A stretch of DNA of 64,000 nucleotides from Methanobrevibacter sp. (lineage in GTDB: Archaea > Methanobacteriota > Methanobacteria > Methanobacteriales > Methanobacteriaceae). The position numbers and the translations under genes were made by a program. This document shows positions 55,732 to 64,000 of this stretch, piece after piece; positions within the stretch are counted from its first letter, which is position 1, and each line of letters starts with the position of its first letter. The stretch covers positions 3,187 through 67,186 of the forward strand of contig NZ_JAZTXC010000109.1 in the NCBI RefSeq assembly GCF_045636185.1, written 5' to 3'. Below the pieces are notes generated by a model. The model saw nothing but the letters and a program-made list of their open reading frames with translations. It was not told the DNA's origin and ran no database searches.

Positions 55732-58093
55732 ATTACTAGCACCCGTCGGATCCATGGAGCATTTAAGAATTGCAATTAATGCAGGTGCCAGCTCCGTTTA
55801 TTTGTCCGGAAAAAATTATGGTGCAAGAAAGTTTGCCCAAAACTTTACTCTAGATGAAATACACGAAGCGGTAAAGCTTTCACACCTGCATAATGTACGC
55901 GTTTACGTTACAGTCAATACATTAATTAAAGAAAAGGAACTTGAAAGTGTCTTGAATTATTTAAATGAGTTATATGCAATTGGTGTTGATGCTGTTTTAA
56001 TTCAGGATTTAGGATTAATAGAACTGATCAACAAACACATTCCAAAACTTAAAATTCATGCTTCAACACAATTAACATGTGAAAATCAGCGAAAAATAGA
56101 TTATCTTGAAAGTAAAAATGTTAAAAGAATTGTTCTGCCCCGTGAGATGAGAAAAAAAGAAATTGAAAACTTAAAAACTAATATGGAACTTGAAATCTTT
56201 GCCCATGGTGCACTTTGCTATTCATATTCGGGACAATGCCTAATGAGCAGTTTTAAAGGTGGAAGAAGTGGAAACAGAGGAACCTGTGCTCAGCCATGCA
56301 GACAAAAATACAGATTAAACAACAAAGAGGATTACTACATATCACCAAAAGATTTATGTTTATATGATGAGCTGAAAGAAATAGCTGAGTTAAATATAAA
56401 ATGCATCAAAATTGAAGGAAGAATGCGTTCAAAAGAATATCTGGGCATAGTTATAAGTGAATACAGAAAGGCCTTAAACAAACTAAAAAGCAATAAAACT
56501 TCAAAAACAGAAATGCTCAATTTGGTTTTCAATAGAGGATTTACAAAAGGACAATTCACCAACACTTACCAAAGAAGTATAAGACCCGGACATTTAGGTT
56601 TGAAGATTGGTAAAGTGCATGAAGTTAAAAATTCACAAATCGCAATTAAAATTGATGACAACATCAAAACAATTCCTGAAAAAGGCGATGGATTATTGTT
56701 TATTAAAAAAAGTGATGACTACGGAATGGAAATATCACAAAATCCAATTGTAACAACATTAAATCACTTTAACAAGAATAAATTTAAACAAATTAAAGAC
56801 ATGACAAGACCAAATAAAGTTTTAATTATTAAAAAAGTTCGTCAGAACAAGAAAAATAAATTTAAACTGGAAAATTCTGATGTTTATTTGACAAAAAGGA
56901 ATTCACTGACAAAATTAGTTAAGGAAATAGAAAATAAAGGTTCTAGCTTTGTTAAATCCAAATTAATTTTAACATTTTCACTAAAAAATAAATATCCTCA
57001 ACTGAAAGGACGTTTGACTTTAGCCAATCAAAAAGTTGTAACTTGTGAAGTGAGTGGAACCACTAAATTTGAAATACCATTAAAAAGAAACGTCACACAG
57101 GAAACAATTAAAAAGCAACTATCTAAATTAGATAATTATCCATTCCAGATAACACAAATCAACATGAACTATGATGGTAGCCTATTTATTCCTATTAAAG
57201 AAATCAATAAAATACGAAGAGAATTGCTTGAAGGATTGGAAACTGAAATTCATAAATTACATGAAAATAAAAAAGAAAAAATCACATTTAAAGAAAATCC
57301 ACAAAATAGAAGTGAAAAAATATCACTGTCATATTATACAAATAATTTAGATGATTTGGAATTGATTAACGGTGTTAAAAGAGTTTATTTAGAGATTCCT
57401 CCAAATGACAGCATTAACTTCATGGTCAATTTCCTGAAAAAGGCGGTTGAAATTACATATTCTAAAGATTATGATTTGATATGGAAATGGCCAGATATTG
57501 CCCATGATGACCTGATTAAATCATTAAATAAAGTTAGAGGCATTTTAAATAAAATGGGTTATCAGTTAAAAGTAATGTCTAATGATTTTAAAGGAGATTA
57601 TGGTCCTTATTCAATGAATATAACAAATACTGAATCCATAAACTCCTTAAAAAATTATGAATTGATTACAATATCTCCTGAGCTTAGAAAAAAGGATTAT
57701 GAAGACATTATTAAAAATTGTGAAGATAACTCAAAAATAGAACTTTTAGTTCATGGATCTGTTGAATTAATGAAAACGCGATACGGATTTAAGGAAAATA
57801 TTAATAATGCCGATTTAATTGATAATAAGAATAAGAAATATCCAATAAAATATAATTTATCTGGAGAAGAATTAATTATATTTAATAGTGAAGACCTTTC
57901 ATTGATTGATGAAATAGAATATTTAGCATCTATAGGATATGTTAACTTTTCAATAGATGGGCGTTATAAAAATAAAGATTACATTAAAATGATTGATTTA
58001 TATAACGATATTTTAAATGGTAAAAAGATAAATAAAGAAATTTTTAGAAATACAACTAAAGGCAATTACTCTTCAAATGCTCTAGGCAAATAA
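55718..58093 (+). CDS. Second peptidase U32-family Fe-S protein (paralogue)
   Basis: ELLAPVGS, HASTQ, HGALCYSYSGQC...CAQPCR and IKIEGRMR. The ATG at 55718 overlaps the upstream gene by 14 nt. Confidence 0.9.
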   Translation: MKIPELLAPVGSMEHLRIAINAGASSVYLSGKNYGARKFAQNFTLDEIHEAVKLSHLHNVRVYVTVNTLIKEKELESVLNYLNELYAIGVDAVLIQDLGLIELINKHIPKLKIHASTQLTCENQRKIDYLESKNVKRIVLPREMRKKEIENLKTNMELEIFAHGALCYSYSGQCLMSSFKGGRSGNRGTCAQPCRQKYRLNNKEDYYISPKDLCLYDELKEIAELNIKCIKIEGRMRSKEYLGIVISEYRKALNKLKSNKTSKTEMLNLVFNRGFTKGQFTNTYQRSIRPGHLGLKIGKVHEVKNSQIAIKIDDNIKTIPEKGDGLLFIKKSDDYGMEISQNPIVTTLNHFNKNKFKQIKDMTRPNKVLIIKKVRQNKKNKFKLENSDVYLTKRNSLTKLVKEIENKGSSFVKSKLILTFSLKNKYPQLKGRLTLANQKVVTCEVSGTTKFEIPLKRNVTQETIKKQLSKLDNYPFQITQINMNYDGSLFIPIKEINKIRRELLEGLETEIHKLHENKKEKITFKENPQNRSEKISLSYYTNNLDDLELINGVKRVYLEIPPNDSINFMVNFLKKAVEITYSKDYDLIWKWPDIAHDDLIKSLNKVRGILNKMGYQLKVMSNDFKGDYGPYSMNITNTESINSLKNYELITISPELRKKDYEDIIKNCEDNSKIELLVHGSVELMKTRYGFKENINNADLIDNKNKKYPIKYNLSGEELIIFNSEDLSLIDEIEYLASIGYVNFSIDGRYKNKDYIKMIDLYNDILNGKKINKEIFRNTTKGNYSSNALGK

Positions 58094-58137
58094 CTAATTA
58101 TATATAAATATTAAATAATCATAAGGGTTTGGTTTAA

Positions 58138-60063
58138 ATGGAAGGAGACTTACATACATTGCAAGAAATAAAAGGTATAGGAGATAAAATCTCTGAAAAG
58201 ATAATAAGAAGTGTTGGGGGAGAAGAAGAACTCCAGAAAATAATTGATGATGTTGATGTTGAAAGAATAATTAATATTGATGGAATTAGTCAAAGAAAAG
58301 CTATTCAAATAATGAACCAACTATTGAATAACGACAATTATGAATTTATGAAAAGTGACAGAGCTTTAGAGATTTACGAAGACATAATAAATAAAATGCT
58401 ATCATATTCAAATACATCATATTCCAAAAATAGAATCCTTTTATTATCCCCTTCAAAAGACCTGAATAAAATCAAAAAACAAGCCAAATTTATTATGGAT
58501 GCTAAAAAAGAAGTATCACAAATGCCAATAATTAAATTAAGAGGCCTAATGAAAAATTTAAAAGAGCTTGAAGAGCCAAAAGCTGAATATGATGCCAGTA
58601 AAGTTATCCTTGTTGAAAATGAAGAAGATAACTCCTATCTAACCGATTTAGGCCTTAACCAATACTACCCAATCATTACTGCAAGCGACTCCCCATTACT
58701 ACAAGAGGAATTAATGAATTACGATTTAATATTTTATGTTTATTCTCAAGGTATTCTTGATTTTGAAGGAATGCCAAACCTTGTTATGATTAATATTGAG
58801 GAAAATGACTATGAAATTGTTCCGGAAAAAATTATAAACTTTTTTACACAAAACCAAGACATTTTTCAAAGAGTTCATGAAATCCAAAAAATCAGAAACC
58901 AAGAAAGTGTTTTGGGAGACATTATCCCCATCATTGATGAATTAAATATCGTTGATAAAAAAGAAGTGGATATTGACGAACTTGTTAATTCACTTAAATA
59001 TGAGATGGATGAAGAACTTGAAAAGTCAATTAAAAATGTTGATCTTGAAGGAGATGAAATTCTCAATTTATTAAATAATAATTTCCCACCAAAGATTAGC
59101 AAAATATTTGACGACATTATAAGTAAACGTAAAGCAATTATCAAAGATGAAACCGGAATGGATTTTGACCCATATCTCAGAAAATATCCAATCGAAATTG
59201 ATGAACAAGAAATACAAAGAGTAAAACTAGAACGCTCATCCAAAAAAGAAAACGATATTTTCGATATTAAAAAAAGTGCATCCATACAGTTAAATTCAAT
59301 CAAACAAAAAGCAATAGAAGAAGTTAAAGATGTAATTAAGTTTGATTATGAATTTTCACTAGGAAGCTTTGCATACGAATATGACCTTGTAGAGCCAGAA
59401 TTCAGTGAAGACATTAGATTAAAGGGAGCACTACATTTAGATTTATCACTTAAAAAAGATGATGAAAATATTCAAAAAATCGATTATGAATTAACACAAA
59501 AAGAGAATGTTGCACTTTTAACCGGAGCAAACAGCGGCGGTAAAACAACACTTTTAGAAACCCTAACCCAAATTTCCATAATGGCCCAAATGGGACTGCC
59601 AGTAAGTGCTGATGCATGTGAAATAAAATTATTTGATGAGATATATCACTTTTCTAAAAAAAGATCACTTGATGCAGGAGCATTTGAATCCTTTTTGAAT
59701 GTATTTATTCCAATAGTAACAACAGACAGTGAAAAATTAGTTTTGCTGGATGAACTTGAAGGAATAACCGAACTGGAAGCTGCTGTTAAAATCATATCAA
59801 CATTCATAGATATGATTAAAGAATCCAATTCCTATGGAATAATTGTAACCCATATGGCAAGAGAATTGATGAATTATACAGACATTCGAGTAGATGGTAT
59901 TGAAGCAAAGGGATTAGATGAAAACTATAATTTGATAGTGGACAGAACCCCAAGAATGAATTTCCTTGCAAAAAGTACACCAGAATTAATTTTAAAAAGA
60001 ATATATGAAAAATCAGATGATGAACTAAAAGCGGTATATGCAAGAATATTAGAAAAATTCTAA
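58138..60063 (+). CDS. MutS-related ATPase with N-terminal helix-hairpin-helix motifs (archaeal MutS2/5-like)
   Basis: IKGIG and IDGIS HhH motifs, Walker A TGANSGGKTT, AGAFESFL, LVLLDELEGITE and VTH. No N-terminal mismatch-binding domain seen. Confidence 0.85.
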   Translation: MEGDLHTLQEIKGIGDKISEKIIRSVGGEEELQKIIDDVDVERIINIDGISQRKAIQIMNQLLNNDNYEFMKSDRALEIYEDIINKMLSYSNTSYSKNRILLLSPSKDLNKIKKQAKFIMDAKKEVSQMPIIKLRGLMKNLKELEEPKAEYDASKVILVENEEDNSYLTDLGLNQYYPIITASDSPLLQEELMNYDLIFYVYSQGILDFEGMPNLVMINIEENDYEIVPEKIINFFTQNQDIFQRVHEIQKIRNQESVLGDIIPIIDELNIVDKKEVDIDELVNSLKYEMDEELEKSIKNVDLEGDEILNLLNNNFPPKISKIFDDIISKRKAIIKDETGMDFDPYLRKYPIEIDEQEIQRVKLERSSKKENDIFDIKKSASIQLNSIKQKAIEEVKDVIKFDYEFSLGSFAYEYDLVEPEFSEDIRLKGALHLDLSLKKDDENIQKIDYELTQKENVALLTGANSGGKTTLLETLTQISIMAQMGLPVSADACEIKLFDEIYHFSKKRSLDAGAFESFLNVFIPIVTTDSEKLVLLDELEGITELEAAVKIISTFIDMIKESNSYGIIVTHMARELMNYTDIRVDGIEAKGLDENYNLIVDRTPRMNFLAKSTPELILKRIYEKSDDELKAVYARILEKF

Positions 60064-60090
60064 ATACTATATATCACATAAATTTTAACA

Positions 60091-61746
60091 ATGAAAGTTC
60101 GGAACAAAACAAAAAATTCAGATATTCAAAGAATAAATCAAATCTATAAAGTCCTTAAAAAAAATGATTTCGGATATTTAATAGAAGAAAACACATTTTT
60201 TAAAACATTTCCCTTCCTCAGAAACAGAAAAATAAATGATGATGCGGAATTACTTGATGGAACAATTCCTATAAGAGTAAGAAAAGTATTGGAGGAATTA
60301 GGTCCCGCATTTATTAAACTAGGCCAAATGCTATCTACAAGACCGGATTTAGTTGGACTTGAAATATCTGAAGAATTGGAAAAATTAAGAGATGAAACAC
60401 CAATCACTGATTTTAGTGAAATAAAAGAAGTTATTGAATCCGAATTAGGACTTCCATTAGATAAAATTTACAAAGACATTGATGAAACACCAATTGGTTC
60501 TGCTTCAATAGGACAAGTCCATACTGCTAAATTAAAGAAAGACAATAAAAAAGTAGCCATTAAAGTTCAAAAACCAAAAAGCGAAGAAATAATAATGAGC
60601 GATTTAAAAATAATGAAATTTTTAGCAGTGCGAATCGACAGATACATAAATAAATCAAAAGTTTATAATTTCCCCGCAATCGTTATGGAATTTGAAAAAA
60701 CGATTTTAAAAGAAATAAATTTCTTAGAAGAAGTAAGAAATATGGAAGTTCTTGCAAACAACTTTAAAACAATCCCATACATACATATTCCTGAAGCATA
60801 TATACAATATTGTTCCGGAAAAGTAATAACAATGGAATTCATTGAAGGAAAACAATTATCTGAAGTTATTGAAGATAAATCTGACAAGTATAATAAAAAA
60901 TTAATAGCAAAAAGAGGAATGGATTCCTACTTTAAACAAGTAATGATTGACGGTTTTTTCCATGCTGATCCCCATCCGGGAAATATAATAATTTTAGATA
61001 AAAATAAGGTCTGTTACATTGATATGGGAATGATGGGAATTCTAGATGATACATTTAAAGAAAATCTAGCAGAGCTTATTTTATTATTAATTAATGGTAA
61101 TACGGATAATATTATCAACCAATTAATTTATATGGACATAATTACACCAGCACAAAATACACCTGAGCTGAAAGCAGATATTAATGACTTGATGAAAAAA
61201 TATTATGGAACAAAATTAAAAAATGTGAATGGAAGCATTGAAGATCTGCTGGATGTAATGGTAAAAAATAATGTGGTATTGCCAAGAGAATTTGTAATGA
61301 TTGCAAGAGGATTGGCTTTAATTGAGGAAAGTGGTAAAAAGTTAAATCCCGAATTTGATACTGCTGAAGAACTTAAAGGGTTATCTAAAAAAATCATTTT
61401 ACATAAAGCATCCCCACAAAGATTAGTGAAAATAGGTTCAAATTATCTCCTAGAAATAGGACACTTAGCAAAAAATCTTCCAAACACAGTCAATAATACA
61501 CTATCAAAATTAGAAGAAGGCGACATTACAATAAAACTAAAACATGAAGGAATAAGTGAAATATCAAAACAAGTAACAACAGCAATAATTATTGCAGCAT
61601 TAATTGTTGGATCTTCACTTGCATTATTTGCAGATAAAGGACCTACATTATTTAATATCCCTATTCTTGGATTAATTGGTTATATAATAAGTTTCGCATT
61701 AGGAATGTATCTTGTAGTCCAATATATAATGTTTAATTTGGATTAA
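60091..61746 (+). CDS. UbiB/AarF (ABC1) atypical kinase
   Basis: FIKLGQ (KxGQ), GSASIGQVH, VAIKVQ, FFHADPHPGN and IDMGM motifs, plus C-terminal TM helices. Confidence 0.93.
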   Translation: MKVRNKTKNSDIQRINQIYKVLKKNDFGYLIEENTFFKTFPFLRNRKINDDAELLDGTIPIRVRKVLEELGPAFIKLGQMLSTRPDLVGLEISEELEKLRDETPITDFSEIKEVIESELGLPLDKIYKDIDETPIGSASIGQVHTAKLKKDNKKVAIKVQKPKSEEIIMSDLKIMKFLAVRIDRYINKSKVYNFPAIVMEFEKTILKEINFLEEVRNMEVLANNFKTIPYIHIPEAYIQYCSGKVITMEFIEGKQLSEVIEDKSDKYNKKLIAKRGMDSYFKQVMIDGFFHADPHPGNIIILDKNKVCYIDMGMMGILDDTFKENLAELILLLINGNTDNIINQLIYMDIITPAQNTPELKADINDLMKKYYGTKLKNVNGSIEDLLDVMVKNNVVLPREFVMIARGLALIEESGKKLNPEFDTAEELKGLSKKIILHKASPQRLVKIGSNYLLEIGHLAKNLPNTVNNTLSKLEEGDITIKLKHEGISEISKQVTTAIIIAALIVGSSLALFADKGPTLFNIPILGLIGYIISFALGMYLVVQYIMFNLD

Positions 61747-61810
61747 TAAAAAAATTATATTAATAACATATATAAAGATAATAAGATATTCAGAAAATAG
61801 GAAATATAAC

Positions 61811-63229
61811 ATGGTAAAAATTGATCAATATCTTAATAAATTTAAAGAAAAAATTACAAAAAGAGAAAATAACATAACACTTATCAGCCCACAAAAAGAA
61901 ACAATGGTGTTTGATGCAGTTAATCTTGATACAAACAATACTTGCAATCAAAGATGCCGCTTTTGCTTTACATCATTTAATGAAAAACCAATTAACATGG
62001 ACATAAATACTTTTAAAGCAGTGCTTGAAGTATTGCCCCTAGTTAAAGATTATGCTGGGGGAGGATATGGATTTTATTTTTCATGCATATATGAACCTAC
62101 GATAAATCCATTATTTTTAGAATATTTAGATTTATTGCCAGATATAGCCAAAAATAAGTGTTTTTTAACAACTAATCTTGCAAAACCCATGGATGAAGGG
62201 TTTATAAAAAGACTATTGTCTGCAAATATCCGTTTAGTAAATATTTCAATAGAAAGCCTGAAACCAGAAAGGTTTGAATATATTACTCAAAACAAGAAAT
62301 TTAACCATTATATAAATAATTTGAATACATTAGAAAAAGTTATTAATGAAATTGATATAGATATTCCGATTTTGAGATTTATTACCATATTATTAAAAGA
62401 AAATAAAGATGAAATTATTGATTTAGTAAAATATACATGTAAACATTTTCCTATAGAATCACATGAAATCAGAACCCCATTTATCAACTATTATGAAAAT
62501 ATGGGATGGAACAAAAAGCAATATTTATCAAAAGAAGAAGTGGATGAAATAATAACCCAATTAAATAAATTAGAATGTATAGTTGATACAGTCATTATGT
62601 CCTCCGAAGATTTAGAAAAATATGAAAATGAAGAAAATAATAAAGAAAATGAAAAATTAGACAGTTACCAAAAAGCCATAAACCGTTTTAAAATCGTAGA
62701 AGACTATGAATATTTATTTTTAAGGATTAATTCTGATGGAACATGCATTGATAAAAAGAATAATGTTGCCGAAAAAATATCTCTTGAAAATCCTAGAAAA
62801 TATTTTAAAGATAAACTCTTTGAATTATATTCCTATAGAAGCGAAGCAGCAGCATGTTCGGATTATGGCGGATATGAAAATCCTGATTCAGGAGATGGAT
62901 TTATTTTAGTTGATAAAATCAGTGAAAATGATGCATATATCGAATTTACTGGATGGTGTTGTCCAGATAGAAAAGTTAATACTGACAAACTCATTATAAA
63001 ACTAACCGGACTAGATGGCGATGTAAATTACTATCATGCATCAACGAAAAAGAGATTCGATGCAGACGAATTTAAAGAAAAAGAAAAAGGATGGTGTGGA
63101 GGATATACCACATACATTGATAAGAACAAACTTAAAAATAACAAATATTACATCGATTTAATTTATGAAACTGAAACTAGCCAAATTATTAGTTATAGAT
63201 GGGAAAATTTCATATTAAGTTTGAACTAA
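61811..63229 (+). CDS. Radical SAM protein with an extra C-terminal beta-rich domain
   Basis: TCNQRCRFC (CxxxCxxC), EPT, LTTNL and ISIES motifs. C-terminal domain contains FTGWC...GGYTTYID. Confidence 0.85.
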   Translation: MVKIDQYLNKFKEKITKRENNITLISPQKETMVFDAVNLDTNNTCNQRCRFCFTSFNEKPINMDINTFKAVLEVLPLVKDYAGGGYGFYFSCIYEPTINPLFLEYLDLLPDIAKNKCFLTTNLAKPMDEGFIKRLLSANIRLVNISIESLKPERFEYITQNKKFNHYINNLNTLEKVINEIDIDIPILRFITILLKENKDEIIDLVKYTCKHFPIESHEIRTPFINYYENMGWNKKQYLSKEEVDEIITQLNKLECIVDTVIMSSEDLEKYENEENNKENEKLDSYQKAINRFKIVEDYEYLFLRINSDGTCIDKKNNVAEKISLENPRKYFKDKLFELYSYRSEAAACSDYGGYENPDSGDGFILVDKISENDAYIEFTGWCCPDRKVNTDKLIIKLTGLDGDVNYYHASTKKRFDADEFKEKEKGWCGGYTTYIDKNKLKNNKYYIDLIYETETSQIISYRWENFILSLN

Positions 63230-63442
63230 ATATTGCATAGTATATTATTTATATCATTTTTTCAAGAAAATATAGTATTTTAATGATTGATTATATTATC
63301 ACTTAATTAAAAATTTTTTTAAGTGAATAGCAATGCATATCCAATATATTTTAAATCAATTTCATCATGCCGATGAAAAAAAATTTTGAACTAAAAAAAC
63401 ATATTTCAATAGAATTTTCATTTCAATGAAAATTAATGGCAA

Positions 63443-64000
63443 TCATTCAATGGTGTGTTCCATTTGAGTTGGGAAAACCAGCCTATATGCAGTACCTTTT
63501 TCCTGTTTAATCAGACTTACATTTCCTCCCAACTGTTTAGTTAAGCTTTTGATTATTTCACAGCCCAAATTTGTACTTATATTATCCATATCTTTAATGC
63601 CGACACCATTATCCTTTATTATTAATTCAGCAACATTATTGCCAACATTTCTTATTTCCTTAGTTATCTTATTGTTAGGTGAGGTCTTATCTGGAAATGC
63701 ATGTTTAATGGCATTCATGGTTATTTCATCAATAATCAGAAGCAGAGGAGTGATAACTTCTATAGACAAATCCAAATCCTCATCAACATAAGTTTCAAAC
63801 TCAATATTATTAGGAATATCAACCACATTTATTGTCTGTTTATCATGATCAACCAAATAATCTCTCAAATTAATATTTTTAAAATCATTGGAGTTATAAG
63901 TCTTTTCATGAAGCAATGCGAGAGAATTTAAACGTGTTTGCATATGTTCAATAATCAAATCAGGATTATCCTTGTACGCTCTTTTTTCAAGGTTTAAAAA
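63443..64000 (-). CDS. Sensor histidine kinase (HisKA_2/HWE-type), C-terminal part; 5' end lies outside the window
   Basis: The frame stays open to the window edge (FLNLEKRAYKDNPDLIIEH...). ALLHEKTY, EITMNAIKHAF, DNGVG and LGCEIIKSL motifs. Confidence 0.9.
   Translation of the reverse strand, partial: FLNLEKRAYKDNPDLIIEHMQTRLNSLALLHEKTYNSNDFKNINLRDYLVDHDKQTINVVDIPNNIEFETYVDEDLDLSIEVITPLLLIIDEITMNAIKHAFPDKTSPNNKITKEIRNVGNNVAELIIKDNGVGIKDMDNISTNLGCEIIKSLTKQLGGNVSLIKQEKGTAYRLVFPTQMEHTIE

Noticed and set aside
53239-61746. Anaerobic ubiquinone pathway (UbiU/UbiV/UbiB)
   Set aside because: The U32 proteins are long RlhA-like forms, no ubiA/ubiD/ubiE/ubiT lies nearby, and the host lineage is not known to make quinones. 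Kept only as an open-substrate finding.

Overview
AT-rich archaeal DNA, most likely a Methanobrevibacter-like methanogen. This is inferred from PurP, MCM, aIF-2beta, NMD3, NucS, archaeal TyrS, DUF5518-like genes and GGTGA ribosome-binding sites. Most of the window is a housekeeping backbone: nadA, two MetX-like genes, nucS, a nitrilase, lhr, purP, rlmE, mcm, aIF2b, nmd3, tyrS, tmk, two U32 genes, a mutS-like gene and ubiB. The dominant feature is a single uninterrupted 32.6-kb ORF (13399..45987, 10,862 aa) encoding a complete 10-module non-ribosomal peptide synthetase: (half-C)-A-T / C-A-T / C-A-T / C-A-T-E / C-A-T / C-A-T / C-A-T / C-A-T / C-A-T-E / C-A-T-TE. Its starter A domain lacks the amino-binding Asp235. 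It has two epimerisation domains, several non-standard specificity codes and a Gly-to-Val change in the module 9 P-loop. No PPTase, MbtH, exporter or tailoring gene lies beside it. A second notable insert is an Rpn/YhgA-like nuclease gene between mcm and aIF-2beta, with an internal RBS+ATG that could produce a separate 77-aa C-terminal protein, as in the RpnL/RpnS toxin-antitoxin antiphage systems of bacteria. No rRNA, tRNA or CRISPR array was seen. All domain calls and specificity codes come from manual motif reading, not from database searches.
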